64,000 nucleotides of DNA, from positions 32,001 to 96,000 of the IMG/VR virus record IMGVR_UViG_3300037313_000197. One strand, written 5' to 3'. Each line of letters starts with the position of its first letter. The first letter of the stretch is position 1. The notes under the pieces are model-generated. The model ran no database searches and was not told the origin of the DNA. It saw only the letters and a program-made list of their open reading frames with translations. This DNA comes from a virus. The position numbers were made by a program, and so were the translations under genes. This document shows, one piece after another, positions 47,179 through 56,172 of this stretch.

Positions 47179-47357
47179 GATAATAGCATTATATCAAGGG
47201 TCAAACAACAAAGCAAGTTTGATCCCTATCGGCATTTGTAGAAAGCCCTTATGCTGCTCTAGTCTTTCTACCGCTTGACTTACTAGTGACTGGACTAACT
47301 GCATCGTGAACGCCACAGCATAGCATCGCTCGGGAATGGTCCGTCAAGCCTTGTTTA

Positions 47358-47678
47358 TTACTTGATCCTGTCTAGAATTGCCGAGATATCACTTCTAATT
47401 TCTGCTTCCGGCCTACCGTAGTAGTCCCTTTCAGTAACCATGTAGTTCAACCTCTTCTTCAATTCAGACTTCTTGTATGGTCCATCAAGGTCATTGATAT
47501 CTCTAAAGTCTTCAAAGGGCGAAGGACATGAGCATCCTGAGTCGTTTCCGATCCAGTATTCTCCACGCTTGCTCTTCCAGACTGCCGTGATATCAAATTC
47601 ATATGATTCTTCATACCAATCGAACTCTCCGATTGTTTCCAATCCGAAGTCCTCAGGATTGTAATAGATATTGCTCAT
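47358..47678 (-). CDS. Hypothetical protein
   Basis: DSGCSCPSPFE motif; AGGAG RBS. Confidence 0.75.
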   Translation of the reverse strand: MSNIYYNPEDFGLETIGEFDWYEESYEFDITAVWKSKRGEYWIGNDSGCSCPSPFEDFRDINDLDGPYKKSELKKRLNYMVTERDYYGRPEAEIRSDISAILDRIK

Positions 47679-47736
47679 TTTGTTTCTCCTTTTCTAGTGG
47701 TTATAGCAAACCCAAAGTTAGATATTAGAGAAACAG

Positions 47737-47819
47737 TACCGGCCACGAGACTTGAACTCGTACGTCCTTTCGGACACTAGGTTTTGAATCTAGCGTGTCT
47801 GCCATTCCACCACACCGGC
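47737..47819 (-). tRNA. tRNA-Leu(CAA)
   Basis: CTAGA-TTCAAAA-CCTAG, long variable arm. Confidence 0.9.
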
Positions 47820-47940
47820 AAGTATCGGGACCACAGATTAAGACAACCACTGTAGGAAGGAAGTCTAGATCGATGGTCCCTCTTGATTTTCGGATGGTTA
47901 GGTGAACCTACAGGATGCCTAACTTACCTAGAATCAATTG

Positions 47941-48021
47941 TACCCGACAAGGGATTCGAACCCTCACGCCTTGCGGCACCGGAACCTAAATCCGGCGTGT
48001 CTACCATTTCACCAATCGGGC
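47941..48021 (-). tRNA. tRNA-Leu(TAG)
   Basis: CCGGA-TTTAGGT-TCCGG, long variable arm. Confidence 0.93.
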
Positions 48022-48211
48022 ATGCCCCTTTATTTACACAGGAGTTGGGGTCTTCCTGCTCTTGCTCATTAAGTCTACATCACTACCGGCTATGTGTCAA
48101 GATAACTTACCGCACTCAATACACTGCGCTTTTTCCTCGGTAATTTTGGTCCAAACGTGGTCGCATTCATCCTCGTCTTCTAACCACTCTACCATCAACT
48201 CAAACAACTGT

Positions 48212-48445
48212 CTACCCCTTGTCAATCCAATAGTTAACGTCAAAGACACGCTCAGTCAGGAATGGGTGATACCTATGGTGTCTCCACTTATACTTACCGC
48301 GTTCCATTTCATGATAGTCCTTATAGATTTCAAGAAACTCTAGGCGCTCGTCAGTATCTCCATTGGGTCGAGAGAAAAGAACAACATAATCATTGTTCCA
48401 TGCTGCTGCCTGCTCGATAGCACGGTCAATATGGATTTGTCTCAC
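48212..48445 (-). CDS. Hypothetical protein
   Basis: GGAGG RBS, coupled. Confidence 0.65.
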   Translation of the reverse strand: MRQIHIDRAIEQAAAWNNDYVVLFSRPNGDTDERLEFLEIYKDYHEMERGKYKWRHHRYHPFLTERVFDVNYWIDKG

Positions 48446-48646
48446 TTAGACCTCCACAAGAGTGTCAGCAGAAAGATAGGTATAAGCACGCTTGCCTAGC
48501 GGACGCTTTACCTCAACTACCGGCCTGCCTGACCTGTCCTGCTTCTTCTTGCCAACAACGAGCCTAGAAACGGTCAGAGAGTCCTCTGAAAATTCAGTGT
48601 GGATGATCTTCTGTCCTGTATTAAGTGAGCCAATCTGAGCCTTCAT
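48446..48646 (-). CDS. Hypothetical protein
   Basis: AGGAGG RBS. Confidence 0.7.
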   Translation of the reverse strand: MKAQIGSLNTGQKIIHTEFSEDSLTVSRLVVGKKKQDRSGRPVVEVKRPLGKRAYTYLSADTLVEV

Positions 48647-48915
48647 GATGCCTCCTGTGGAGCGGGGTGGGAAGATGAACTTTACAGATGTTAAAACGAT
48701 GTGTCAAGAGGCTTGTAGGGAGAGTTCAAGTCCTCATCATTAATGACTAGAATATACTCTATAGCAGTTCTCCATCAAAGTAAATGCTGTGGATATTTTT
48801 GCTACCAACAAATGCGATCTTCTTAGGCTCATACACCTTTGACTTCACCGGCTGACCGATGAAATACCCAAGCATATGCTCTTCATCACCTAGATGAAAA
48901 CCCTTGATAATATAC

Positions 48916-49257
48916 TCAGCCAAAGTAACCCATCCTTAGTTGTTGTCGCCAAGAATGCTGCTTGGCATTCTCTCTAGAATTGACCGGAAAGTCAGTGAAA
49001 TCTTCCGGCCTTAACTGTCGCCCTAGTCTATCCTCTAGACAACCGATACACAAGAGCCCGTAAACTTCGTTATTGATGGTGACACTATTCCAAATGTAGT
49101 CATGAACCATGTAATATTCATCAAACTCTCTTTGGTGCATTTCACAGTCCATACACAGATGGGACGAGTGCATATCACAATACTCGTCCCAATCTATAAA
49201 TTCATCGTCATCATCGACTTTGATAGTGCAACCGCATTCCATTACCGCCCGGCCCAT
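48916..49257 (-). CDS. Cys/His-rich hypothetical protein
   Basis: CMDC...LCIGCLEDRLGR. Confidence 0.7.
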   Translation of the reverse strand: MGRAVMECGCTIKVDDDDEFIDWDEYCDMHSSHLCMDCEMHQREFDEYYMVHDYIWNSVTINNEVYGLLCIGCLEDRLGRQLRPEDFTDFPVNSRENAKQHSWRQQLRMGYFG

Positions 49258-49277
49258 TTTAATCTCCTAATTATGGG

Positions 49278-49363
49278 CGGTGGGCAGAGGACTTGCACCC
49301 CAGAGTTATTAACTCCTAGCCGTCTAGCAAACGGTACCAGTGCGCTTGTCTGGTTTACCCACC
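49278..49363 (-). tRNA. tRNA-Ser(GCT), T-loop TGCAAGT
   Basis: CCGT-TTGCTAG-ACGG, long variable arm, G73. Confidence 0.8.
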
Positions 49364-49379
49364 AATACCCATAATTATA

Positions 49380-49838
49380 TCAGGAGATTTTAATTGTCTC
49401 AACATGGATACCTTCAAGAATCTCAAAGTATCCAGCCCATGGAATGTCGTAAGACTTGCCCTTGTATTCAAAGTTAAATGGAACGACTGCTCTACGATCA
49501 TATGAGTGATCGTACTTCTTGAATTCATCACGAAGATCATAAGCATCCTGCTCGTCATCAAATGCGTCTGCAAGATAGACCTGACCATCGTCATGTCCAA
49601 AGGTGTCGCCGGTAGAGTAACGAACAACTACCACGTAGACCTCATCAGAATCATCATCTACTTCAACAGTAAGTGAATCATTCCAATAGTAATGCTTCTC
49701 ATCGGCCTTGTCATTTACAACTACTGCACGATAACCGCTAATATCCAATGCGGTATTCGGCCTGTCCCAACTATCATCAGGATCAGCCTCAGTTGTCTCA
49801 TAGACGAAAGTGTCTACTTCGATCCTAACGTTCTTCAT
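49380..49838 (-). CDS. Acidic hypothetical protein
   Basis: AGGAG RBS; YSTGDTFG. Confidence 0.75.
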   Translation of the reverse strand: MKNVRIEVDTFVYETTEADPDDSWDRPNTALDISGYRAVVVNDKADEKHYYWNDSLTVEVDDDSDEVYVVVVRYSTGDTFGHDDGQVYLADAFDDEQDAYDLRDEFKKYDHSYDRRAVVPFNFEYKGKSYDIPWAGYFEILEGIHVETIKIS

Positions 49839-49848
49839 TTAACTCCTA

Positions 49849-50088
49849 TCAGAAAAGGTGAACGTAAAGCACACCGTTATAGTCGAGTCCGTCGCCGGTA
49901 TCAACCTGCTGAGTAACTAGGTTCGAATAAGGCTCGTAACCATGCTCGTCCTCGTAAACCTTTAGAATGGCAGAAGCCTCTAGCATCACGTTAGAGAGCG
50001 ACTTGGAATCAATATTCCAGACCTCGACCGTCTCATTCTCACAGAGTCGAGACTTAATGTCAAATTCAGTAGCAAGATCATCGTGCAT
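49849..50088 (-). CDS. Hypothetical protein
   Basis: AAGGAG RBS. Confidence 0.7.
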   Translation of the reverse strand: MHDDLATEFDIKSRLCENETVEVWNIDSKSLSNVMLEASAILKVYEDEHGYEPYSNLVTQQVDTGDGLDYNGVLYVHLF

Positions 50089-50118
50089 TTTTACTCCTTG
50101 GTTGGTTGGTTAAAACTG

Positions 50119-50191
50119 CTGCCCTGTCAGGAGTCGAACCTGCGTAGATAGATTCAAAGTCTATTTGGGGAACCCACACCCCGGCAAGGCA
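50119..50191 (-). tRNA. tRNA-Gln(TTG)
   Basis: ATAGA-CTTTGAA-TCTAT, U1-A72, G73. Confidence 0.88.
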
Positions 50192-50195
50192 AAGA

Positions 50196-50540
50196 TTACA
50201 ACTTTGTACCACCATCGTAAGGAACGGCAAGTCCCTTAGAAAGCAGTTCTGCATTAATTGAAACCCCATTTGATTCGATATATACGAGATAACGCCCGTA
50301 CTTATCTGCCTTCTGAGGCTTGAAGGTTTGAATTTGCACCAGATTACCTACCGGCGCTAGAGACTCATCAAACATTCTTGCTTCGTTATATCCTGCCTGC
50401 CCACGTTCGGGGGTGTCAAGACCGATAAGTCTGAGTCTCATTTCGTGATAAATCTTAAAGCCAAGGTCAACCATAAGATCAACTGTATCTCCGTCAACCC
50501 ACTTGACAACCTTGGCGTTATATACGTAATTAATATCCAT
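50196..50540 (-). CDS. Thermonuclease (SNase-like), leaderless
   Basis: VDGDTV, RLIGLDTPE, DKYGRYL, NAELL..GLA. Confidence 0.9.
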   Translation of the reverse strand: MDINYVYNAKVVKWVDGDTVDLMVDLGFKIYHEMRLRLIGLDTPERGQAGYNEARMFDESLAPVGNLVQIQTFKPQKADKYGRYLVYIESNGVSINAELLSKGLAVPYDGGTKL

Positions 50541-50559
50541 GTATTTAGTTTATCATACG

Positions 50560-50631
50560 TGCACCCAACCGGATTCGAACCGGTGACTAGTCGATTATAA
50601 GCCGACCGTTCTGCCACTGAACTATGAGTGC
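50560..50631 (-). tRNA. tRNA-Ile(TAT)
   Basis: GTCGG-CTTATAA-TCGAC, TTCGAAT, A73. Confidence 0.88.
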
Positions 50632-50759
50632 ATGCGGTAGGCCGCTAAACCTACCTAGAATCTGTCTGCCTCGGAAGCCCACCGGCCTGTCGTGGGTTTT
50701 ATGGAACCTTACACCGCTACCAGACTGCTACATTAAGTTAGGAGTTAGGAGATTCTTTG

Positions 50760-50830
50760 AGCCTCTTGTCAGAATCGAACTGACGGCACGACGTTACAAA
50801 GGTCGGGCTTTACCATTAAGCGAAAGAGGC
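50760..50830 (-). tRNA. tRNA-Thr(TGT)
   Basis: CGACC-TTTGTAA-CGTCG, TTCGATT. Confidence 0.88.
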
Positions 50831-50909
50831 AGGTGCGGGGAGGTAAAGGTGTCCTAAACCCGAGCCACCAGTCTCGTAGACTGAACCCGCTTGTGGTCTA
50901 TTTGTTTAT

Positions 50910-51653
50910 TTAGTTTAACACATCAGACTCTAGAAGGTCAAGCATTCCATTGTCTGTTTCCATCTTCCACACCCGGCGCTTTGCATTGGTGCTTTCAATA
51001 CGGTTAGTAGCCCTATTGTAGTACTCAAATGGAAGGTCACGTGCCTCGCTGTAGAAGTATCGGCCATTGAAGAACGGGTCAGGAATCGGAAGAACATCAG
51101 GGTTCTTCTCTCGGATCATGTCGAGCATATCAGCCTTGTTCTTGCCTTGCAACTCCTTGTGACTGAACATCGACTGAGCCTGCATGGAAATAGCATTCCT
51201 ATTTGCATCGGCCTTGCGCCAGAGGAAGTAGTCGAGCACGTCCTCACGCTTCGTCAGACGGATCACACGAGCGTCGAAAACGGCTGGCTTTTTACCGGCG
51301 TGCGCGTGGTGTGCGTTGAAAAATCCGGTAAAGGTAGAGGCGCTTACAGACACGATCTTTTCCACCTTGCCACCAAACCATCCCTGCTCATGCTCACGCT
51401 CATCAATGAGAAGCGAAATCTCATCAGACTGAGTGTAGGCAAACTTAACAGGAATATCAGAGTTGCGGCAAGTGTCATAAACAGCATTGTTCATAGCGCT
51501 GTGAAGCATACCATCAAAAGGCTTAACTAGGCCCTTGGTGTAGGTGTGGAAAGCCTTACCGTCAAGTCGGACGATCAGCCAACCGTCAGGCAGGATGCTG
51601 GAAGAATGCATCCTCTCAATAGCCTTGAACTTATCTCCAAGTTCAGTGTGCAT
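50910..51653 (-). CDS. thg1: tRNA(His) guanylyltransferase, Thg1-like
   Basis: VRLDGKAFH, KPFD, TQSDEISL, FDARV, YFLWR..DA.RN. Confidence 0.93.
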   Translation of the reverse strand: MHTELGDKFKAIERMHSSSILPDGWLIVRLDGKAFHTYTKGLVKPFDGMLHSAMNNAVYDTCRNSDIPVKFAYTQSDEISLLIDEREHEQGWFGGKVEKIVSVSASTFTGFFNAHHAHAGKKPAVFDARVIRLTKREDVLDYFLWRKADANRNAISMQAQSMFSHKELQGKNKADMLDMIREKNPDVLPIPDPFFNGRYFYSEARDLPFEYYNRATNRIESTNAKRRVWKMETDNGMLDLLESDVLN

Positions 51654-51663
51654 TAGTTACTCC

Positions 51664-53112
51664 TTACGTTACTGCTGACCATGTACCGGGCGATCCGCTA
51701 GCAGTGCAGACCCAGAACTTTGTATTTGAATTGGTGTTTGTGTTGACAACATAGTCACCCTTACGCCATACACCACTTGTCGGTGCTCCGGTACTTTCTG
51801 TAAGGTTCTTACATTGCCACTTGCGAACATTGGCAAGATCAGCACCCGCGCCGATCTTTCTGTCGAACGTCCAGCCAGTGAAGTCTACACCATTGAGCAG
51901 CCAGTTGTGAACAGTCGATCCGGTTGAACCTCCACCGCCGAATGCCCATCCTCCTGTTGTGCCCTTAGCCAAACTTCCTCTGAACTCAACATTTGAAGAT
52001 GTGCCCCTAGCAGCGTCCTTGATGATTCCCCAAGATGCGTTGCTATGGTTCTTAATGTTTAGATCGAGTAGACCATTGTTTGCAGTATAAATTACACAAC
52101 CGTGGCCGGTGCAGGTATTGATGAAGCCTGAGATTTTGAAATTATACACTTCTGCATTGTAACCAAGGGACAGTCCTGCACCCCCGACGTTAGTTACTCC
52201 CATGCTTCTAATTGTTACATTCTTAGAGTCATCAATCGACACACCCGAAGAAATACCAATTCCATTGCAGTCAAGTGAGGCGATATGAACATTGGTCGCG
52301 CCTCTCACGATGACACAGGCTGAACCAGACCTAACATCAGTCTCCTTGGTAATGACTGCTCTGTCAATAGTAACGTCAGAGATTTGTCTACCGGCGACTG
52401 AGTAGATGCCTAGACCTCCACCACCGGCTGACGTACATACCAATTCCTTGACCACAACATTGCTTACTGAATCACCAGCAACATCATTAGGCTCAATGTC
52501 AAAACCCGAAGGCATTGCAATAGCGCCGGTAGCAGTATCACCTTGGTGACCAGTCTTTACAGAATTAATCCTGCGGAATCTGAAAATCGATCCCTTGATG
52601 ATAGAAACAGCATTCCTGCCAGTGTGAGAATCTGATATGGAGTTCACTGTGTCAATGTACACGCCTGAGGTATTGTTGGTAGAACCACCGGCGATGTAAA
52701 TACTATCGCCTGCTGGGTTCTTGCTGTTCAGGGTGGTTACTGTGAAGTTTGTGCAATTGTCAAGACGAATATCATGCTTTGCCTCATCCACCGGCCAAAG
52801 CGTACCGCCGACAGCAAACTTATTATTCATTACGTTACCGTCAGTATTGATCGTATCAATGACTGTATCAGTACAGTTAACAAAGGCAATGATCGACTGT
52901 CTTGGCGAATTGTCTCTACGCTTGATAGTTCCGATAAAGTGCATGCGGAAACCGGTCTTGCCATTAACTACAAGACCGTCCGCTCTGAACTCACCGGCAG
53001 GAACCAGAATCTTGCTATTGTTATTAATAGCAGTTTGGATTGCCGCTGTGTTGTCAGCGCCGGGGGTAACACCCAAAGAGGCTAGGCTTACGTAATCTGA
53101 ATAATCTGTCAT
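51664..53112 (-). CDS. Right-handed beta-helix (pectate-lyase-like / tailspike-like) protein
   Basis: DNTAAIQTAIN...ILVPAG start, N/G/S/T-rich repeats, C-terminal WVCTASGSPGTW. Confidence 0.75.
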   Translation of the reverse strand: MTDYSDYVSLASLGVTPGADNTAAIQTAINNNSKILVPAGEFRADGLVVNGKTGFRMHFIGTIKRRDNSPRQSIIAFVNCTDTVIDTINTDGNVMNNKFAVGGTLWPVDEAKHDIRLDNCTNFTVTTLNSKNPAGDSIYIAGGSTNNTSGVYIDTVNSISDSHTGRNAVSIIKGSIFRFRRINSVKTGHQGDTATGAIAMPSGFDIEPNDVAGDSVSNVVVKELVCTSAGGGGLGIYSVAGRQISDVTIDRAVITKETDVRSGSACVIVRGATNVHIASLDCNGIGISSGVSIDDSKNVTIRSMGVTNVGGAGLSLGYNAEVYNFKISGFINTCTGHGCVIYTANNGLLDLNIKNHSNASWGIIKDAARGTSSNVEFRGSLAKGTTGGWAFGGGGSTGSTVHNWLLNGVDFTGWTFDRKIGAGADLANVRKWQCKNLTESTGAPTSGVWRKGDYVVNTNTNSNTKFWVCTASGSPGTWSAVT

Positions 53113-53113
53113 A

Positions 53114-53482
53114 TCAACTCTTACAAGGATTTGCCTTGACGTACCCGATGAACGTTCCCTTATCAGTAATTACATCAAAGAGCACCTGAGTGTTAGCGTT
53201 CTGGATAGTTCCTACCGTAATAGTATTGTTAGATGGATCGACTACATTTGGTGTCCAGTCTGTTGCTGGGAATCCATTGATATTTACACCAAGTACATTG
53301 TGCGTACCGGTCAGAGTCAGATAAAGGCGATAGTCGGCAGCCTGACGCTGAGCAGGCAACTTACATGACTTATCGGTATCCAGACCTTCTGTTACAGAAG
53401 CGGCAACAGCAGGAGCGGCGGTAGCAATCAAAACTGCTGGCACTGTCCATGCAGCACCCTTTACTACTGTTCTACGCTCCAT
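53114..53482 (-). CDS. Secreted protein with a twin-arginine-type signal
   Basis: MERRTVVKGAAWTVPAVLIATAAPAVAAS. Confidence 0.75.
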   Translation of the reverse strand: MERRTVVKGAAWTVPAVLIATAAPAVAASVTEGLDTDKSCKLPAQRQAADYRLYLTLTGTHNVLGVNINGFPATDWTPNVVDPSNNTITVGTIQNANTQVLFDVITDKGTFIGYVKANPCKS

Positions 53483-53509
53483 GATTTATCCTTTGGTTGT
53501 TTGGTTAAG

Positions 53510-53585
53510 TGGAGGTCTCGGGAGGGTTTGAACCTCCGTCCCCACGCCTTCCCGGCATGGTATTTTCCCTTAATACTACAAGACC
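53510..53585 (-). tRNA. Atypical tRNA with CCA and a 5-nt anticodon loop (GGGAA); identity unclear
   Basis: Intact acceptor, D and T arms (TTCAAAC), U73-CCA; no U33. Confidence 0.65.
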
Positions 53586-53586
53586 A

Positions 53587-53662
53587 TGGTGCGCCGGGGA
53601 AGACTTGAACTTCCATTCTCTCCTAGTAAAAGGAGCGGTGTTAGACTTACACCCACCGGCAC
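53587..53662 (-). tRNA. tRNA-Val(TAC)-like with CCA and a 6-nt anticodon loop
   Basis: CTCCT-TTTACT-AGGAG; A73-CCA; TTCAAGT. Confidence 0.7.
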
Positions 53663-53753
53663 TTATCGTAATCCTACACGATACCGTTCCACATCTCAGC
53701 ATTACCTGTCATGGCCGTATCTGCCTTATCATCGCCCACCCTCGGATTACAAG

Positions 53754-53828
53754 TGGTGCGGAATGCTACGCCTCGCAACGTAACGCTAACGGTCCCGGTG
53801 ACCGCCGTGCTCACTACACTAATTCCAC
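53754..53828 (-). ncRNA. tRNA-like cloverleaf with CCA and non-canonical loops
   Basis: GTGGAAT/ATTCCGC-A-CCA; GCGGT-CACCGGG-ACCGT; 6-bp T-stem with 8-nt loop TTGCGAGG. Confidence 0.6.
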
Positions 53829-53829
53829 G

Positions 53830-53903
53830 CTCCCCCGGCAGGATTCGAACCTGCAACCCTCTGATTAACAGTCAGATGCAACTACCAATTGTGCTACGGG
53901 GGA
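53830..53903 (-). tRNA. tRNA-Asn(GTT)
   Basis: TCTGA-CTGTTAA-TCAGA, TTCGAAT, G73. Confidence 0.95.
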
Positions 53904-54231
53904 ATATAAGGGACTGGTTAACACGGCCATTTATCCCTTGTTTAAAGTGCGTTCCGAATTTACACTTAGTTCTCTTCGTTTCGTATGTTACCGGCAATCC
54001 ATTATCCGGCGTTTATTTGTGTCTTATAAGCATACAGACTGTGACAGCGCTTGTCAAGTCTGCTTGTTTGGGCGAAGTCTTTCTTCAATGTTATCGTTCA
54101 TGATCTTCTCAGATGCTTCGTCATGACCTTCGCCACGTAATTCTCTTAATGCCCATTCAAGCGATAGTTCTCGTCCTCTTAGCATACCAATGTACCAAGA
54201 GTCCTCATCAACTACCCGGCGATTCGTATTA

Positions 54232-54453
54232 TTAGCGATTCCCTCTAGGTGCTTGCGAACGAACTTCGCCTGACTTTCGATCTTCTCTTCGGGGGTCAAC
54301 CTTTTTCTTTTCCTTCTTGGGTGGGAGAGCGAGGACAACCAAGTGTCCCGGTTCCTCAATACGCACAAGGCGTCCAAGAAACTCGTACTCTTCCTTCAAT
54401 CTGTTCACTTGTTCGGGGGTACCGTGGAAGTGATAATTTCTTGCCTTAGCCAT
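54232..54453 (-). CDS. Basic hypothetical protein
   Basis: AAAGG RBS. Confidence 0.65.
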   Translation of the reverse strand: MAKARNYHFHGTPEQVNRLKEEYEFLGRLVRIEEPGHLVVLALPPKKEKKKVDPRREDRKSGEVRSQAPRGNR

Positions 54454-54462
54454 TGTGGCCTT

Positions 54463-54696
54463 TCATTTAGTCGGCTTTAGAACCTTGCCATTGTCAAAGT
54501 CGATTGCAAATGCTGATACACCAGTTAGGAACTCCTGAATGCGTGGTGCATGGGCGTTCCAGATAATCTCTTCATTCAACTTGGCCTTGATCTGACTTGC
54601 TGCTGCTGCATGTACAAAATACACTACACCGCGCAATTCAATTGCTGCGAACGCATTATCACTAAAGATTAACTCGTCCTGTCGTACATCTGCCAT
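54463..54696 (-). CDS. Hypothetical protein
   Basis: AAAGGTG RBS. Confidence 0.7.
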   Translation of the reverse strand: MADVRQDELIFSDNAFAAIELRGVVYFVHAAAASQIKAKLNEEIIWNAHAPRIQEFLTGVSAFAIDFDNGKVLKPTK

Positions 54697-54823
54697 TGTT
54701 CACCTTTCGTTAATAACCAACTGGTCAGCCACTCGCATCCCACCCGTTTGTTCCAGTTAGGCATTCTTGTTGCCATACTTGTGCTGGTCACCGGCCTAAG
54801 CCTTGTCCGCTGTGTTAGTTAAG

Positions 54824-55126
54824 TGGAGCCGGGAGGATTTGAACCTCCGTCTTACTACCGTCCGCATAGTTCCGTCTTACAGTCATAGTGCTTTAAGATA
54901 TCACCCATCTGCGCCAGCGAACTGGACCACCTTCAACTTTGGCAGAGTTGACAACTGTACTACTGAAAACTCTAACTTGGTTAATAAGGTGTTAGAGAAC
55001 CCCATCCTGAACTAAATCAGGCTGCTAGAGCGTAGTCTGCATTTATTGTTTTTGGACGTTTTAGTGATCCGTCCAATCACGACTGAGAACCATGTTTAGT
55101 TGTAGTAATCGAAACCTGTCGGCCCC
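54824..55126 (-). ncRNA. ssrA: tmRNA, tag (A)ADYALAA
   Basis: 5' GGGGCCGACAGGTTTCGA; 3' GGAGGTTCAAATCCTCCCGGCTCCA; G3-U70; resume context ATAAAT-GCA; tag ORF 55040-55017. Confidence 0.95.
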
Positions 55127-55147
55127 TTGTTCCTCTAGATTAGCACC

Positions 55148-55507
55148 CTAGAGGGCCGGTGTCAAGACTGCCTGAAACAGCATAAAAATCATCGGAACGT
55201 AGAACAGAACACTAATGACCAGATCACGTCTCGTTGTCCTGAGTCCACCATACGCCTCAATCTCATGGATGGCAATGCCGAAGTTGATTGCAGAAAAAAG
55301 TACAATAGCAATGGTCGGTAGAATCCATCCTACCGTAACCACAAGCCAAATGTACAGAGGTAGAACAAAGATAACAAAACCAAGGAAAAGGTGACCGGCA
55401 TTAGTATCCTTGCTCACTACCGGCCTCCACAGGTTATCCTTCAACTTGTTGAAGGACTGTGCCCATGAAAAGAGGACAAAGGCGGTAAAAACAATAACAG
55501 CAGTCAT
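55148..55507 (-). CDS. Membrane protein
   Basis: Four TM segments, AAGGAG RBS. Confidence 0.75.
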   Translation of the reverse strand: MTAVIVFTAFVLFSWAQSFNKLKDNLWRPVVSKDTNAGHLFLGFVIFVLPLYIWLVVTVGWILPTIAIVLFSAINFGIAIHEIEAYGGLRTTRRDLVISVLFYVPMIFMLFQAVLTPAL

Positions 55508-55509
55508 GT

Positions 55510-55764
55510 TTACTCCTTGGCGTTGAGTTGAGCGCTGAGGTAGTCACGCAGTTCTGTAACTGCTTCCCTAGTGAGGTTAGCATACAGGTGACTGGTCTCG
55601 CTGCCCCTCTTCATATCAACATCAAATACGAACTCATCAGGACTAATCTCACCGATATTCTTTACCCAAAGTGAGTAGGTCGATCCATCTTCTGATTCCA
55701 AAGTAAGACTATAGTCGTCTTCTCCATCGACCTTCTTGTCAAAGGTATACTTATAGAGTGGCAT
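55510..55764 (-). CDS. Hypothetical protein
   Basis: AAGGAG RBS. Confidence 0.75.
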   Translation of the reverse strand: MPLYKYTFDKKVDGEDDYSLTLESEDGSTYSLWVKNIGEISPDEFVFDVDMKRGSETSHLYANLTREAVTELRDYLSAQLNAKE

Positions 55765-55792
55765 ATTTACTCCTTATTAGTTTCTTATAAAG

Positions 55793-55871
55793 CCCGCGAT
55801 GAGGGATTCGAACCAAACACATCACCGGTGGCTGCGCAACCCCGGCATTTTACCAATTAAACTAATCGCGG
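55793..55871 (-). ncRNA. tRNA-like RNA with an extended anticodon hairpin and a broken T-stem
   Basis: CCGCGAT/ATCGCGG acceptor, canonical D-loop and TTCGAAT; 23-nt anticodon hairpin. Confidence 0.6.
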
Positions 55872-55874
55872 AAG

Positions 55875-55967
55875 CGGATACGGTCTGCCCCTCATGACTC
55901 AGACATTACCATTAACTAGTATTACAGGTAGTTTTATTTTCTTGCGGAATTCTTAAACTACGTATCC
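55875..55967 (-). ncRNA. tRNA-like RNA closed by a 7-bp acceptor-type stem
   Basis: GGATACG/CGTATCC; arms TAGTTT/AAACTA and GTCTG/CAGAC stacked on the acceptor. Confidence 0.5.
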
Positions 55968-56003
55968 TAATGAAATCCACACTTGCAAATGCTTCATTCA
56001 CTG

Positions 56004-56077
56004 TGTCTCTAGTAGGATTCGAACCTACAAGTCTTTGGTTTAGGAAACCACTGCATTATCCGTTATGCTATAGAGAC
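56004..56077 (-). tRNA. tRNA-Arg(CCT)
   Basis: TGGT-TTCCTAA-ACCA, TTCGAAT. Confidence 0.92.
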
Positions 56078-56170
56078 TGGTGGGGTCGGAACATTGCGCA
56101 ATTCCTGTCACCAAAAGCAGTATCTAGGCTTAATGTACACTTGGCTTCGACTTACTTTCGACTCAACCCC
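56078..56170 (-). ncRNA. tRNA-like RNA with CCA and an elongated anticodon-position arm
   Basis: GGGGTTG/CGACCCC-A-CCA; D-like TCGA/TCGA. Confidence 0.6.
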
Positions 56171-56172
56171 CG

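Noticed and set aside
47827-47940. HDV-like (theta) ribozyme downstream of tRNA-Leu
   Set aside because: Partial P1/P2-like pairings exist, but there is no G at the cleavage site and the P2-P3 junction is wrong
53505-54126. ORFs called over the tRNA cluster, plus the 5' extension of 63411-63809 and ORF 55970-56230
   Set aside because: They overlap tRNA or tRNA-like genes; the protein sequences are uninformative
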